Source: Obrimoposthia wandeli (taxonomy: Eukaryota). From it: 64,000 nt of DNA. This document shows, one piece after another, positions 9,878-22,045 of the stretch (the stretch's first letter is position 1; each line of letters begins with the position of its first letter). The notes under the pieces were generated by a model. It searched no databases. It was not told the origin of the DNA and saw only the letters and a program-made list of their open reading frames with translations. Where the stretch lies: positions 186,001-250,000 of the forward strand of contig CDROCS010000666.1 in assembly GCA_977020255.1 (NCBI GenBank), written 5' to 3'. The translations under genes and the position numbers were made by a program.

Positions 9878-11206
9878 TTGAATAGAAAAGATCTTATCGC
9901 CATCGGGTTTATGACCTTTGCACTTTTTCTTGGTGCTGGGAATCTCATTTTTCCACCGCTAATGGCACAACAAGCCGGTGAATATTGGTTACTTGCTATA
10001 GCAGGTTTTCTGTTAACCGCTGTTGGGTTACCTGCCCTTACTATTATTGTGCTTGGCCGTTTATCATCTGCCGATAAACTCACCGCTAGCTTACCTAAAT
10101 GGATGGATCGTTCATTTTGGATTTTAGTTCTTACAACGTTAGGGCCTGCTTTTGTATTACCTAGAGCTGTTACTGTCGCTTATGAAATGGGGATAAAACC
10201 GTTTGTAAATGACAGCTACCTATTCATTTTCTCTATTAGCTTTTGCGCCCTTACATTACTATTGGCATTAAAGCCGGGGCGTTTACTGGATTACATTGGT
10301 AAAGTGATGACACCAGCACTCATTAGCATGCTGGCATTACTCATTATTGCTGCCATTATTAACCCCCTTGGTTCAACAAGCCCCGCAACAGATATATATA
10401 AACAAGCCCCAACCGTTAATGGGCTAATTCAAGGCTACATGACATTAGATGCTATCGCTGCTGTTGCATTTGGCTGGGTGATTATTCAAACCATTAAAAG
10501 TAAAGGGGTTACATCGAAGAAAGATATAGCAAGATACAGCCGATGGATTGCAGGGATCTATGCAATCCTGATGTCTAGTTGCTATCTTGCGATGGGCTAT
10601 TTAGGCGCTACATCTTCTAATATTGCGCCCAATGCATTAAACGGCGGAGAAATATTAACTCGTTATGCCGCTGGCGAATTTGGACAAGCAGGACAGGTAT
10701 TACTTGCCGCTATAACGTTAATGGCATGTTTAACAACCACGATTGGTTTAACCAATGCAAATGCCCAATATTATAACAACACTTACCGTACACCTTTTAA
10801 AATCAGCGCAACGCTCATTATGGCATTAACCGCGATTGTTTCTAACTTTGGTTTAGAAACAATTATTGAAATAAGTTTGCCTGCTATTTTGATCTTATGC
10901 CCTATTGCTATCGCCTTAATATTAGCAACGCTTTCTTTACCCTTATCGAACAAGCCATCAACAACTCACACTGTTATTGTGCTTATAGCGACCTTCTTTG
11001 GTACGATTGATGCCTTAAATATTTTAGACAAATTGCCATTGACCATTATTGAACAGCTCACTAAATGGTTACCATTTTTCTCGGCACATATGAGCTGGTT
11101 AGTACCAGTATTCATCACAATCGTTATTTCTAAGTTGCTATCATTTCGCTCTGAACCCCCAATTACACATTATTTTTTCAAGATTCTAAACAGAAACAAT
11201 CTATGA
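9878..11206 (+). CDS. brnQ: Branched-chain amino acid transport system II carrier
   Basis: GFMTFALFLGAGNLIFPP, GKVMTPAL, GYMTLDAIAA and ACLTTTIGL motifs; TTG start. Confidence 0.92.
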   Translation: MNRKDLIAIGFMTFALFLGAGNLIFPPLMAQQAGEYWLLAIAGFLLTAVGLPALTIIVLGRLSSADKLTASLPKWMDRSFWILVLTTLGPAFVLPRAVTVAYEMGIKPFVNDSYLFIFSISFCALTLLLALKPGRLLDYIGKVMTPALISMLALLIIAAIINPLGSTSPATDIYKQAPTVNGLIQGYMTLDAIAAVAFGWVIIQTIKSKGVTSKKDIARYSRWIAGIYAILMSSCYLAMGYLGATSSNIAPNALNGGEILTRYAAGEFGQAGQVLLAAITLMACLTTTIGLTNANAQYYNNTYRTPFKISATLIMALTAIVSNFGLETIIEISLPAILILCPIAIALILATLSLPLSNKPSTTHTVIVLIATFFGTIDALNILDKLPLTIIEQLTKWLPFFSAHMSWLVPVFITIVISKLLSFRSEPPITHYFFKILNRNNL

Positions 11207-11629
11207 CAATGATACAAATATCGCTATTTTATGTATTTAGTGGATGGTAATAAATTATGCTCATTATAGTGGTCTAATTCAGGCTCTCATCAAGTGATTT
11301 CTATCGCTGCTTTTTCTAAGTTTAATACTTTGTATACAATTTGGATCAAGCAGCATCAGTCGAGATATGTTGGCACGTTAATGGTCAGAACTTATTTAGG
11401 ATCACAAATCTCACCCAAACATTCCCCGCAACAACTTAAGTAACTAACTCATCAAATAATTAGAACACAAAACATTAAGTAACACATTCGCAAACATAAG
11501 CTTGCCATATAAATCAATAAGATAAGCTATATAGGTGGGATAATATTCATATATGTACTTGATAAATTCATTCCGGAGTGTAATGATTAAACCCTGATTG
11601 TTTAGACCACTAAGGAATATGGGTACAAA

Positions 11630-12172
11630 ATGATTACGATAGCACCTTGGATTGTATGCCCGACAATATTGGCCAAGGACGAAAATAAGTGGGTATTTAG
11701 AACACCAAACATTGGCGATGGAGACCAAGTGCATAAGCTTATCGCTTCATGCCCTCCTCTGGATGTAAACTCGGCTTACTGTAACTTTCTGCAAGCTACT
11801 CACTTCAAACAAACCTGCATCATTGCAGAGTGCAATGATGAAATAGCTGGTTTTATATCTAGCTACCTCAAGCCGGAAAATAATAGTGAACTGTTTATTT
11901 GGCAAGTTGCCGTAGCCCCCAAACACAGAGGGAAAGGGCTTGCATTTCATATGCTAAAAGAACTTTTAATGCGCGACAACCTGCAACACATTAAGGCTGT
12001 TGAAACAACAATCACAAAAGACAATCAAGGCTCTTGGAACCTATTCAAGAAACTAGACGAGAAAAATAATAACCGTGGTTCAGTGACAACTTTTCTGGAC
12101 GAGCACAAACACTTTAAAGGCAAGCACGATACCGAATGTCTGTATCACATCCCTCTTACCAAAACTCATTAA
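11630..12172 (+). CDS. ectA: Diaminobutyrate acetyltransferase
   Basis: CPPLDVNSAYCNFLQ, FIWQVAV and ETTITKDN motifs; first gene of the ect operon. Confidence 0.95.
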   Translation: MITIAPWIVCPTILAKDENKWVFRTPNIGDGDQVHKLIASCPPLDVNSAYCNFLQATHFKQTCIIAECNDEIAGFISSYLKPENNSELFIWQVAVAPKHRGKGLAFHMLKELLMRDNLQHIKAVETTITKDNQGSWNLFKKLDEKNNNRGSVTTFLDEHKHFKGKHDTECLYHIPLTKTH

Positions 12173-12195
12173 TTTATTGAAAAAATGGTCCCAAT

Positions 12196-13461
12196 ATGGA
12201 TATCTTCAAAAAGCAAGAATCAAATGTACAATCATATGCGAATAACTTCCCTGTTGTTTTTTCATCAGCAAAAGGTTGTTGGCTATACACTAATAATGGT
12301 AAACGTTACCTCGACTTTCTTGCTGGCGCTGGTTCGTTGAACTACGGCCATAACAATGCAGTACTAAAACAAGCACTACTTGATTACATCGATAGTGATG
12401 GTATTACCCATGGCCTAGACATGCACTCTGAAGCTAAAGCAGAATTTTTAACCGCACTTCGTAATCACATATTCTCCCCCCGAAATCTTGATTACAAAGT
12501 GCAGTTCACCGGCCCTACTGGCACAAATGCCGTAGAAGCGGCAATGAAGCTCGCACGAAAAGTAACTGGCCGCGTTAATATCGTCACTTTCACCAACGGC
12601 TTTCACGGTTGCACTATCGGTGCGCTTTCTGCAACAGGAAATCAGCACCACCGCGGCGGTGCTGGTATGCCTCTGATCGGCACTTCACGTCTTCCGTACG
12701 AAGGCTACGCTGGCGTTGATGGCTTGGCTTTGTTCGAAACAATGTTGAACGATAACTCAAGTGGTTTAGACAAACCCGCAGCAGTATTACTTGAAACAGT
12801 ACAAGGTGAAGGTGGATTGAATGTAGCCTCCACTAAATGGCTAAAACGACTGAGCGCCATTTGTAAGCAGCACAAAATTCTACTGATTGTCGACGATATT
12901 CAAGCCGGTTGTGGCCGCACCGGCACCTTTTTTAGTTTTGAACCTTCAGGTATCAAGCCAGACATCGTTACTTTGTCCAAATCAATCAGTGGATATGGAT
13001 TACCAATGGCACTGGTTCTACTTAAGCCTGAACTCGACATATGGCAACCAGGTGAACATAACGGTACTTTCCGTGGTAATAACCATGCCTTTGTTACCGC
13101 AACGAAAGCCATTACAACTTACTGGGCAAACGGCGAATTTGAACAACATATCGACCAGCGGGCAAACCAAGTAAATACTGCGATTCAACGCAACCTGCGC
13201 CGTTATCCGTCATTATTTATTCGCGGTAAAGGTCGAGGGCTGATGCAAGGTATCGAGTGTAAGAGCAGCTCTATTTCAACAGCCATTGCCAGAATATGTT
13301 TCGACAAAGGTATGGTAATTGAAACCGCAGGCCCAGATGACGAAATCGTTAAGTTCTTCTGTCCACTCACTATTAGTGAGTCCGAGCTTGAGCAAGGATT
13401 GCATATTTTCGAGCAGGCAGTAGATATCGTCGCCACTAAACTGATCAAGAAAGCTTCTTAA
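12196..13461 (+). CDS. ectB: Diaminobutyrate-2-oxoglutarate transaminase
   Basis: [35 protein letters not shown] (PLP Lys) and [10 protein letters not shown]. Confidence 0.97.
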   Translation: MDIFKKQESNVQSYANNFPVVFSSAKGCWLYTNNGKRYLDFLAGAGSLNYGHNNAVLKQALLDYIDSDGITHGLDMHSEAKAEFLTALRNHIFSPRNLDYKVQFTGPTGTNAVEAAMKLARKVTGRVNIVTFTNGFHGCTIGALSATGNQHHRGGAGMPLIGTSRLPYEGYAGVDGLALFETMLNDNSSGLDKPAAVLLETVQGEGGLNVASTKWLKRLSAICKQHKILLIVDDIQAGCGRTGTFFSFEPSGIKPDIVTLSKSISGYGLPMALVLLKPELDIWQPGEHNGTFRGNNHAFVTATKAITTYWANGEFEQHIDQRANQVNTAIQRNLRRYPSLFIRGKGRGLMQGIECKSSSISTAIARICFDKGMVIETAGPDDEIVKFFCPLTISESELEQGLHIFEQAVDIVATKLIKKAS

Positions 13462-13472
13462 AGGCGTTAAAC

Positions 13473-13859
13473 ATGATTGTAAGAACTCTGGAAGAGTGTA
13501 AAAACAGCGAACGTCGTATAGTGTCGGACAACTGGGAAAGTACCCGTATGCTATTAAAAGACGACAATATGGGATTTTCATTCCATATCACCACCATCTA
13601 TGACAACACCGAAACACATATTCATTACCAGAACCACTTAGAGTCCGTTTATTGTATTTCCGGCGAAGGTGAGATCGAAGTGATCGGCGATAAAACTTAC
13701 CCAATTAAGCCTGGTACATTATATATATTAGATAAAAATGATGAACATTACTTACGAGCCTATAAAGACAAAGAAATGGTAATGGCCTGTGTGTTTAACC
13801 CGCCTATTACTGGTGCAGAGGTCCATGACAAAAATGGAGTATACCCGTTAGTGGAATAA
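13473..13859 (+). CDS. ectC: L-ectoine synthase
   Basis: [31 protein letters not shown] and CVFNPP cupin motifs. Confidence 0.97.
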   Translation: MIVRTLEECKNSERRIVSDNWESTRMLLKDDNMGFSFHITTIYDNTETHIHYQNHLESVYCISGEGEIEVIGDKTYPIKPGTLYILDKNDEHYLRAYKDKEMVMACVFNPPITGAEVHDKNGVYPLVE

Positions 13860-13926
13860 CCCTCTTCCCAAGGGGCAGTCAATGCCCCTTTTCCCAGATG
13901 TAATAAAATGAGTAAAGGATTCCCTC

Positions 13927-15345
13927 ATGAGTTATACCGTAGAGAAAATTGGCGGTACATCAATGTCAGCATTTGATGCTATCTTAGATAATATAATACT
14001 ACGCCCCAAATCGCCTTATAATCGCGTTTTTGTGGTATCTGCTTACGGCGGTATTACCGATGCGCTGCTAGAATGCAAACGTTCTGGTAAACCCGGCATT
14101 TACCAGTATATTGCCAAGCGAGATAAAACATGGCGAGAAGCTGTCGCCGATTTAGAAATGCGCATGCTACTCGTCAACGAAAATATGTTCGCCGACCCTC
14201 TTAATCGCAGACGTGCTGATAGTTTTATCAAATCAAGGATTAATGATGCAGTAAACTGTATCACTAATATTATGGAAACTTGTCAGTACGGCCAGTTCTC
14301 TTTGCGCCATTACTTGCCGCAAATCAGAGAGTTCCTATCATCGCTTGGTGAGGCACACAGTGCCTATAACACTGCTCTGAAATTAAAAACCCTTGGTATT
14401 AACGCCAAATTTGTTGATTTGTCGGGCTGGGATGACAAAAGCTATGGCAGCCTCGATGAAGTCATCAAGCATGCATTTGCCAATATTGATGTAACTAAAG
14501 AACTGCCTATAGTCACAGGTTATGCCTATTGTGATGAAGGATTGATGAAAACCTATGATCGCGGCTACAGCGAAATCACTTTTAGTCGTATTGCTTGTTT
14601 AACTCACGCTGATCAGGCAATCATCCATAAAGAATACCACCTAAGCAGTGCCGACCCACGCATCGTCGGTTCAGAAAGCGTCTTTCCTATGGGGCATACC
14701 AACTTTGATGTTGCCGATCAACTGGCCAATTTGGGAATGGAGGCGATCCACCCTAATGCAGCGTCTGGGCTACGCAAAAAAAATATTGAACTACGTATCA
14801 AAAACACCTTTGAACCCGAACATCAGGGCACACTCATTTCACAGAATTACCAACCTGACGCTGAAAGAGTGGAAATCATTGCCGGTAAAAGTAAAGTCTT
14901 CGCCCTGCACATTTTTGACCAGGCCATGGTTGGCAAGGTAGATAACGTAAGCTACAAGATGATGGAAATCATCTCAGATGCCAGAGTGAAGTTGATTGGT
15001 AAAGAGATGAACGCCAACTCTATTACCTACTACTTAAGTGGTGGCACAGAAATCTTAAACAAATTGCTCTACAAAGCAGAGAAACGCTACCCAAATTCGA
15101 CGATTACAGGCTGCATGGTCGCGCTAATTTCAATTATTGGTGCCTCTATCAATACCAATACTGCTTTAAGCAAAGGCATACTCGCCTTAACAGACAAGCA
15201 GATTTCACCAATAGCGGCCCACTCTTCCATGCGTAATGTTAACGTACAATTTGTAGTGGAAGACAAATATTACAAAGCGGCGATATGTGCTCTTCACTCC
15301 GAGTTTATCAACCAATCTGAAAATAAAACGCGCAAAGTTGCCTAG
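13927..15345 (+). CDS. ask: Ectoine-associated aspartokinase
   Basis: VEKIGGTSMS, DRGYSEITFS and HKEYHLSSADP; located directly after ectC. Confidence 0.93.
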   Translation: MSYTVEKIGGTSMSAFDAILDNIILRPKSPYNRVFVVSAYGGITDALLECKRSGKPGIYQYIAKRDKTWREAVADLEMRMLLVNENMFADPLNRRRADSFIKSRINDAVNCITNIMETCQYGQFSLRHYLPQIREFLSSLGEAHSAYNTALKLKTLGINAKFVDLSGWDDKSYGSLDEVIKHAFANIDVTKELPIVTGYAYCDEGLMKTYDRGYSEITFSRIACLTHADQAIIHKEYHLSSADPRIVGSESVFPMGHTNFDVADQLANLGMEAIHPNAASGLRKKNIELRIKNTFEPEHQGTLISQNYQPDAERVEIIAGKSKVFALHIFDQAMVGKVDNVSYKMMEIISDARVKLIGKEMNANSITYYLSGGTEILNKLLYKAEKRYPNSTITGCMVALISIIGASINTNTALSKGILALTDKQISPIAAHSSMRNVNVQFVVEDKYYKAAICALHSEFINQSENKTRKVA

Positions 15346-15426
15346 TTACTTGGTTGCTTAGTTGCTTTAAAGGCTCCCCCTAATCGGGCAATGCTGCTCA
15401 CTTAAGGTTCGGTTGACCGCTTCTCA

Positions 15427-15475
15427 CAATGAAAAAAATCGGAATACAATGACTGTATTCCGATTTTTTTCATTG
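15427..15475. terminator. Long bidirectional terminator hairpin
   Basis: caatgaaaaaaatcggaataca-atgac-tgtattccgatttttttcattg, a 22-bp perfect stem. Confidence 0.85.
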
Positions 15476-15803
15476 TAAATTCAACAGTTATGATGAGATA
15501 AATCGGTCTTTTTGAGGCTGTTATATAGATGCTTCTCCCTGCGGTGCCGAACAATCTGCTGGTGCCTGAATCCCCGTTGCAACACCATCAATTCAAATTC
15601 GCAGTCAAGCACTGGGACGATTGTCGATCCAATGATATCAATGCGATCAGACCCAACTGCTGATGTAAGGTTTCACCAATTGTATGATCTCAACAACGTC
15701 CTAAATAGCCAGCCTATGAAATCAGGTAAATAAATACATCTAACCTATACTAAGCAGGTCTTTAATCAAAAAATTAAAGTAAAGCAGAATAAAGGGTAAC
15801 AAT

Positions 15804-16250
15804 ATGTCAGACACTTTTACGAAAGGCATGGCTCGAAATATTTATTATGGCGGCAGTGTTTTTTTCTTGCTGTTGTTTGCCGCACTCACCCTGCATACCA
15901 CGAGAGAAATGCCCAAATCTGACCATCGCGAAAACCTCACTGAATCAGTAGCAAGAGGTAAAACGGTATGGGAAGACAATAATTGTATCGGTTGCCATAC
16001 GCTCGTAGGAGAAGGCGCCTATTATGCCCCTGAGCTGGGTAATGTTTACTTTCGTCGGGGGGGCGGTAATCTCGCTGCATTTAAAGGCTTTATGCAAGGT
16101 TGGATGAAAATTCAACCGCTTGGTGTGCCGGGGCGCCGCCAAATGCCTCAATTTAATTTAACGGTGCAACAAGTTGATGATTTAGCAGAGTTCTTAAAGT
16201 TCACCGCTGAAATGGATGTTAACAGTTGGCCACCGAATATTGAGGGGTAA
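15804..16250 (+). CDS. norC: Nitric oxide reductase cytochrome c subunit
   Basis: ARNIYYGGSVFF TM anchor, CIGCH heme motif, YYAPEL, RRQMPQFNL. Confidence 0.95.
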   Translation: MSDTFTKGMARNIYYGGSVFFLLLFAALTLHTTREMPKSDHRENLTESVARGKTVWEDNNCIGCHTLVGEGAYYAPELGNVYFRRGGGNLAAFKGFMQGWMKIQPLGVPGRRQMPQFNLTVQQVDDLAEFLKFTAEMDVNSWPPNIEG

Positions 16251-17642
<1,392 letters not shown>

Positions 17643-17766
17643 TGAGTCAATGTTGATTTAACAACATCCATTCGCTTCACTGTAAATGGAGCTGGCGTAT
17701 CGATTGGCGTCAGCTTTGATTCAAACCAAATCAAATCACGGTACAAGGGAGATAATTTAACCACAT

Positions 17767-19608
17767 ATGGAAGAATGGGTTGGTAGTATTTGGCATAAGT
17801 TCATTGTGCAAAAGAGCCACACTGAATTTGATCATGCCCGAGTTGAATTTGATGAAATCAAAAAATCCGCTGGAGTGGTCTTTCGGGCGTTAGGAGGGGC
17901 TCCGACTAAACGCGTCGAAGCAGCAGTACCTCGTGACTATTACGCTCGCAGAAAACTACTCGATAAGATTTCAGGCTCCAAGCAACAGATCAGCCTTGCA
18001 TGGCAAGATGAAACCAGCCTACGTCTACCGCAATCTATTGCCATTTTTGACACACCACAACTCAATAAAGAGCTTTATCTCTGGCTAGTGGCACTCGCCG
18101 CTCATAGCCCTAACCATTTCACTCACTGGGCCAAAGATAATCAGGCCGTAGTGACTAGAATATTAGTTAAATTCCCAGCATTAAGGCCGCGCTATCAACG
18201 ACTCGCAACAGCGGTACTCAAGCTACGCCAACCATTAGAGACATTACCCAAGTCATTACAACCGCTTGAACAAGCAGTTATTCAGGCGATAATTCACCCT
18301 GAAAGTATCATAGATTTTCCGGTGGCCAACTATGCCCCTCAAGCTATTTATCTCTGGTTATATCCCAATGAAAACATCAAGGCTAATCCGTTCAAAGCGG
18401 CAGAGGTTGATTGTAATGAGGAGCAAGTTTCATCATTGATGACTCATCAGAAAAGCCAGCAAGCGAGAAAAAAATCAGAGCGAATTGATGAAGATGACAC
18501 CAAAGATAGCTTGATGGTATTTCGCTTAGAAAACTTATTTTCTTGGAGCGAGTTTTCTCGAGTGAACCGTGCGGAAGACGACACTGAAGATGATGACGCT
18601 CAACGAGTCGCTGAGGATCTTGATATCATTACGGTAGCAAAGGGGTCGCGGCAAAAGACCGCAAAACTTAAGCTAGATCTCGATTTACCCGCTGCAATTG
18701 AAGACGACTTACCGCTGGGAAAAGGTATCACGTTGCCAGAGTGGGACTATAAGACTAATCAATTAATACTCGAGCGCTGCTTGCTGCAACCTATGTTACC
18801 TAAAGACAGCAAGCCCCTCGCCTTGCCAGCATCATTAACCCCTTCAGCCAAGAAAATCCGTCAACAATTCCAACAGTTACAAAGTATCAAAAATTGGCAA
18901 AAATCTCAGCCGACTGGTGATGAGATTGATTTAACCGCTTGGCTGGATTTCCATATTGATAGTAAAACATCGATGGCGCGTGATACTGGACTCTACCTCC
19001 GATTTCAGAACTGCCAACGTGATATCAGCACCCTGTTATTATCCGATCTTTCCATGTCTACAGATGCCTATATCAATAATGAGTACAGGGTAATTGATGT
19101 AATCAAAGACAGTATGTTGCTATTTAGTGAGGCCTTAGCGGCAGTGGGAGACCCTTTTGCTGTTTATGGCTTTTCATCGGTAAAGCGTCATCATGTCAGG
19201 TTCACGTTGTTGAAGAATTTTGCCGAATCTTATAATGACCATATACGCGGTCGCATACTCAGCCTACGTCCAGGGTTTTATACCCGCATGGGAGCAGCAA
19301 TTCGCCAAGCCAGCAACATTTTGGCCGAGCAAAATCAACATCGAAAACTATTGCTTATTTTGACCGATGGCAAACCAAATGATATCGATAATTACGACGG
19401 AAGACATGGGATTGAAGATACACGGCAAGCCATCATTGCCGCCCGCCGCCTCGGACTCATTCCATTTTGCATCACCATAGATCAAAAAGCCGACCAGTAT
19501 CTGCCTTATATATTTGGGAGCAATGGCTTTACTGTTATTTTCGACCCAAGCCAGTTACCCACTAAGCTGCCCCAGTTGTATCATCAACTCACCCAGTCTT
19601 CTTACTAG
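17767..19608 (+). CDS. norD: NO reductase activation VWA protein
   Basis: MEEWVGSIWH start, LPEWDY, C-terminal VWA (DLSMST, YTRMGAAIR, LTDGKPND). Confidence 0.92.
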   Translation: MEEWVGSIWHKFIVQKSHTEFDHARVEFDEIKKSAGVVFRALGGAPTKRVEAAVPRDYYARRKLLDKISGSKQQISLAWQDETSLRLPQSIAIFDTPQLNKELYLWLVALAAHSPNHFTHWAKDNQAVVTRILVKFPALRPRYQRLATAVLKLRQPLETLPKSLQPLEQAVIQAIIHPESIIDFPVANYAPQAIYLWLYPNENIKANPFKAAEVDCNEEQVSSLMTHQKSQQARKKSERIDEDDTKDSLMVFRLENLFSWSEFSRVNRAEDDTEDDDAQRVAEDLDIITVAKGSRQKTAKLKLDLDLPAAIEDDLPLGKGITLPEWDYKTNQLILERCLLQPMLPKDSKPLALPASLTPSAKKIRQQFQQLQSIKNWQKSQPTGDEIDLTAWLDFHIDSKTSMARDTGLYLRFQNCQRDISTLLLSDLSMSTDAYINNEYRVIDVIKDSMLLFSEALAAVGDPFAVYGFSSVKRHHVRFTLLKNFAESYNDHIRGRILSLRPGFYTRMGAAIRQASNILAEQNQHRKLLLILTDGKPNDIDNYDGRHGIEDTRQAIIAARRLGLIPFCITIDQKADQYLPYIFGSNGFTVIFDPSQLPTKLPQLYHQLTQSSY

Positions 19609-19633
19609 ACGTTACCCACATAAGGAGAGCTAA

Positions 19634-19852
19634 ATGATCGAGAAAGTGCCCTGTTTGTACTGTCAAACTGAAAATACCGTTCATCAAGATGTTGGTGGCG
19701 GATCTGCTCCAGATCAGGTCTGTCATCATTGTGGTATGGCTTTACCCAAGGCCCATCCGAGCAGTCGCCGCTATAAAACTAAGGTGTTTATCTGGGCCTT
19801 TGTATTTATCGCATTATTTTGTTTTATTATGGTCATTTATTTGCCTAGATAA
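19634..19852 (+). CDS. Small zinc-ribbon membrane protein (DnrP-like)
   Basis: CLYC..CHHC motif plus a C-terminal TM helix; follows norD. Confidence 0.65.
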   Translation: MIEKVPCLYCQTENTVHQDVGGGSAPDQVCHHCGMALPKAHPSSRRYKTKVFIWAFVFIALFCFIMVIYLPR

Positions 19853-19879
19853 CGGACTACAGCAGACAGGTATATAACG

Positions 19880-20248
19880 ATGAATTTAAAAAGATACGAT
19901 AAAGAACAAATAGAGCAAGCATCTGAAATTGCCTTGTGGTCTTTACTAAACCTCACTTTTTTGCCTGTGTTCTCATTTATCGTGTTACTAACCAAAATCA
20001 AGAAATGTACCACTGCGTCGTTTGCCGCTTACCACCTGAATTTTGCCATTAAGTTGAACCTAGCCGCTGCTGCGGCATTAATACTGGTGAGTGCACTAAT
20101 GATATTATTGGGGGGCTTCAACTCTGGGATGACGTGGGTATTTGTGATTACCTATTTTATCTCTATCCATACTTTTTTTATTCTGATTGCCGTATGGATG
20201 TTAGTACGCGCGTGGGCAGGCAACAAGATGGGCTACAAGCAAAATTAA
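19880..20248 (+). CDS. Hypothetical 3-TM membrane protein in the nor cluster
   Basis: 122 aa with three hydrophobic segments; co-oriented with norCBD. Confidence 0.65.
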   Translation: MNLKRYDKEQIEQASEIALWSLLNLTFLPVFSFIVLLTKIKKCTTASFAAYHLNFAIKLNLAAAAALILVSALMILLGGFNSGMTWVFVITYFISIHTFFILIAVWMLVRAWAGNKMGYKQN

Positions 20249-20259
20249 AAGGCGGCCCC

Positions 20260-21069
20260 TCAACAATCAAAATATAAGCGTGCGACATCCATCAAGGCTT
20301 CAACGGTACTGATATCATCGGATAGAGGCTCAGCAAGACAACACCGACACACAGCAAGCGGCAACATGCCGCTGGACATCATTCGAGCCGCATAAATTAA
20401 CAAGCGGGTAGACACCACTTCATCCAAGTCACTGTCTAGTCTTCGCAGTGAACCGGCTAATTCAATCAACTTGACCGCCAAGCCTTGCTCTATTTGGCTT
20501 TCAGCCCTCAGAATTTGGATCTCAAGCAAAGGGTCGGGATAGTTAAGTCGCAATGCAACAAAGCGCTGTCGAGTACTCGCCTTCATTCCTTTAAGAATGT
20601 TTTGATAACCTGGGTTATAAGACACCACCAACATAAAGCCTTCCGCAGCAGCAAGTTCCTCCCCCGTTCGCTCTATCGGTAGTAGACGCCTGTCATCAGC
20701 AAGTGGGTGAAGAACCACCGTGGTATCTTTACGCGCCTCGACGATTTCGTCGAGATAACATATGCCGCCTTCTCTCACTGCTCTGGTTAATGGCCCATCC
20801 TGCCAATACGTACCATTAGGGCCAATCAAATGGCGTCCAACGAGATCTGCCGCGGTTAAGTCATCGTGACATGCCACTGTGTACAATGGTCTTCCTAGCT
20901 TTTCGGCCATATGAGCGACAAAGCGAGTCTTACCGCACCCTGTTGGTCCTTTAATCAACAATGGCAACTGATGCGCATACGCATACTCAAACAGTTGTAC
21001 TTCATTATCTTGTGGTTGATAAAAAATCTCACCATTAATGGGAATGGTTGAGGTAGTTGAAAAGGTCAT
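20260..21069 (-). CDS. norQ: CbbQ/NirQ/NorQ AAA+ ATPase
   Basis: GPTGCGKT Walker A, CHDDLTAADLVG, YLDEIVEARKDTTVVLHPL. Confidence 0.95.
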   Translation of the reverse strand: MTFSTTSTIPINGEIFYQPQDNEVQLFEYAYAHQLPLLIKGPTGCGKTRFVAHMAEKLGRPLYTVACHDDLTAADLVGRHLIGPNGTYWQDGPLTRAVREGGICYLDEIVEARKDTTVVLHPLADDRRLLPIERTGEELAAAEGFMLVVSYNPGYQNILKGMKASTRQRFVALRLNYPDPLLEIQILRAESQIEQGLAVKLIELAGSLRRLDSDLDEVVSTRLLIYAARMMSSGMLPLAVCRCCLAEPLSDDISTVEALMDVARLYFDC

Positions 21070-21166
21070 ATTATTCCTTAGGACTCTGCGCTAGCCGAAA
21101 AAGAAAGCTATATAAATATAGCACTTATCAAATAGTTGGCTATAAAAGTAGTCGATTTATTCATCG

Positions 21167-21424
21167 TTAAAAAAAGGCGGTCAGTATAATGAGTGAGGGG
21201 AACAAAATAATGTAGATCCGCATCATTAACCGCAAGTATTTATGGGCTTGGCGCAGTTCCATAAAATGATCGATAACTATCAACCCTTTGGACATCACAG
21301 TCAGAGCCACCAAAACACTCACTAGTGCCGAGGACTCAAAATGTTCACCCAAAAATGTATTAAACAGGGTAATCCCAATCAACGTCCACCAATAATATTC
21401 AATTTTCCCAAATGACTTCATCAA
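21167..21424 (-). CDS. norF: NorF/NirP-like small membrane protein (cytochrome oxidase subunit IV-like)
   Basis: KGLIVIDHFMEL motif, three short TMs, lies between norE and norQ. Confidence 0.75.
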   Translation of the reverse strand: MMKSFGKIEYYWWTLIGITLFNTFLGEHFESSALVSVLVALTVMSKGLIVIDHFMELRQAHKYLRLMMRIYIILFPSLIILTAFF

Positions 21425-21427
21425 GAC

Positions 21428-22045
21428 TCACCTCAATACATACAGCAATGGGAAAATAAGGATCCACATCAGATCAATCATATGCCAATACATGGCCAAA
21501 GCCTCTAAACCTGAGTGCTGCTTTGCTGAGTAGGCGCCTTTACGCAAGCGGAAAATCACCCACAATATCGCGCAAGCTGCCCAACCAACATGAAGAAAGT
21601 GATTAAACGTCATGTAGTAGTAAATAGTAAAAAACTCACTGGTATTGGTGCTAAAGCCCTGTAAGTCATTCCAATAAAATTCTCCCGTTTTCACCATCAA
21701 ATACAAACAACCACAACTAAAAGTCAGCCAAAGGTAACGCTCCGACTTCTGTCGATTATCCAAACGGATATTGATCATGGCTTTTGCCATAAAGTAGCTA
21801 CTCGATAGCAATATAAGGGTATTTAAAACGCCTGAGGCAGTGCTGACGCTCTGAGGGCCAAGGGAGAAAGCTTCGGGGTAATGATATTTGGCAATAAAAT
21901 AAGCCACGAAAAAAATCCCAAACTCGGTCAATTCAGACAGAATCCCCACCCAAATGGGAATATTACCCGGAACTCTTCCCGCCCTCAATTCACTCCATGC
22001 ACGAGGAAAAATACCCAAATGTTCCTTAGGGGGTTCATGATTCAC
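21428..22045 (-). CDS. norE: NorE/NirO cytochrome c oxidase subunit III-like protein
   Basis: SELTEFGIFF, NTLILLSSSY, HFLHV and YWHMIDLMWILIFPLLY motifs. Confidence 0.88.
   Translation of the reverse strand: MNHEPPKEHLGIFPRAWSELRAGRVPGNIPIWVGILSELTEFGIFFVAYFIAKYHYPEAFSLGPQSVSTASGVLNTLILLSSSYFMAKAMINIRLDNRQKSERYLWLTFSCGCLYLMVKTGEFYWNDLQGFSTNTSEFFTIYYYMTFNHFLHVGWAACAILWVIFRLRKGAYSAKQHSGLEALAMYWHMIDLMWILIFPLLYVLR

Noticed and set aside
11371-11385. Sigma-54-like promoter TGGCACG upstream of ectA
   Set aside because: The -12 element reads TGGT rather than TTGC.
15371-15420. Possible repeat element after ask
   Set aside because: No second copy in the window and no recognisable structure.
15512-15733. 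73-aa ORF before norC
   Set aside because: TTG start without RBS and no recognisable motifs; more likely promoter region.
15720-15745. NsrR-like site upstream of norC
   Set aside because: Only the right half (AAATACATCT) matches.
17716-17729. FNR/DNR-like box TTGAT-TCAA-ACCAA before norD
   Set aside because: One mismatch, and a -41.5 geometry would put the TSS downstream of the norD RBS.
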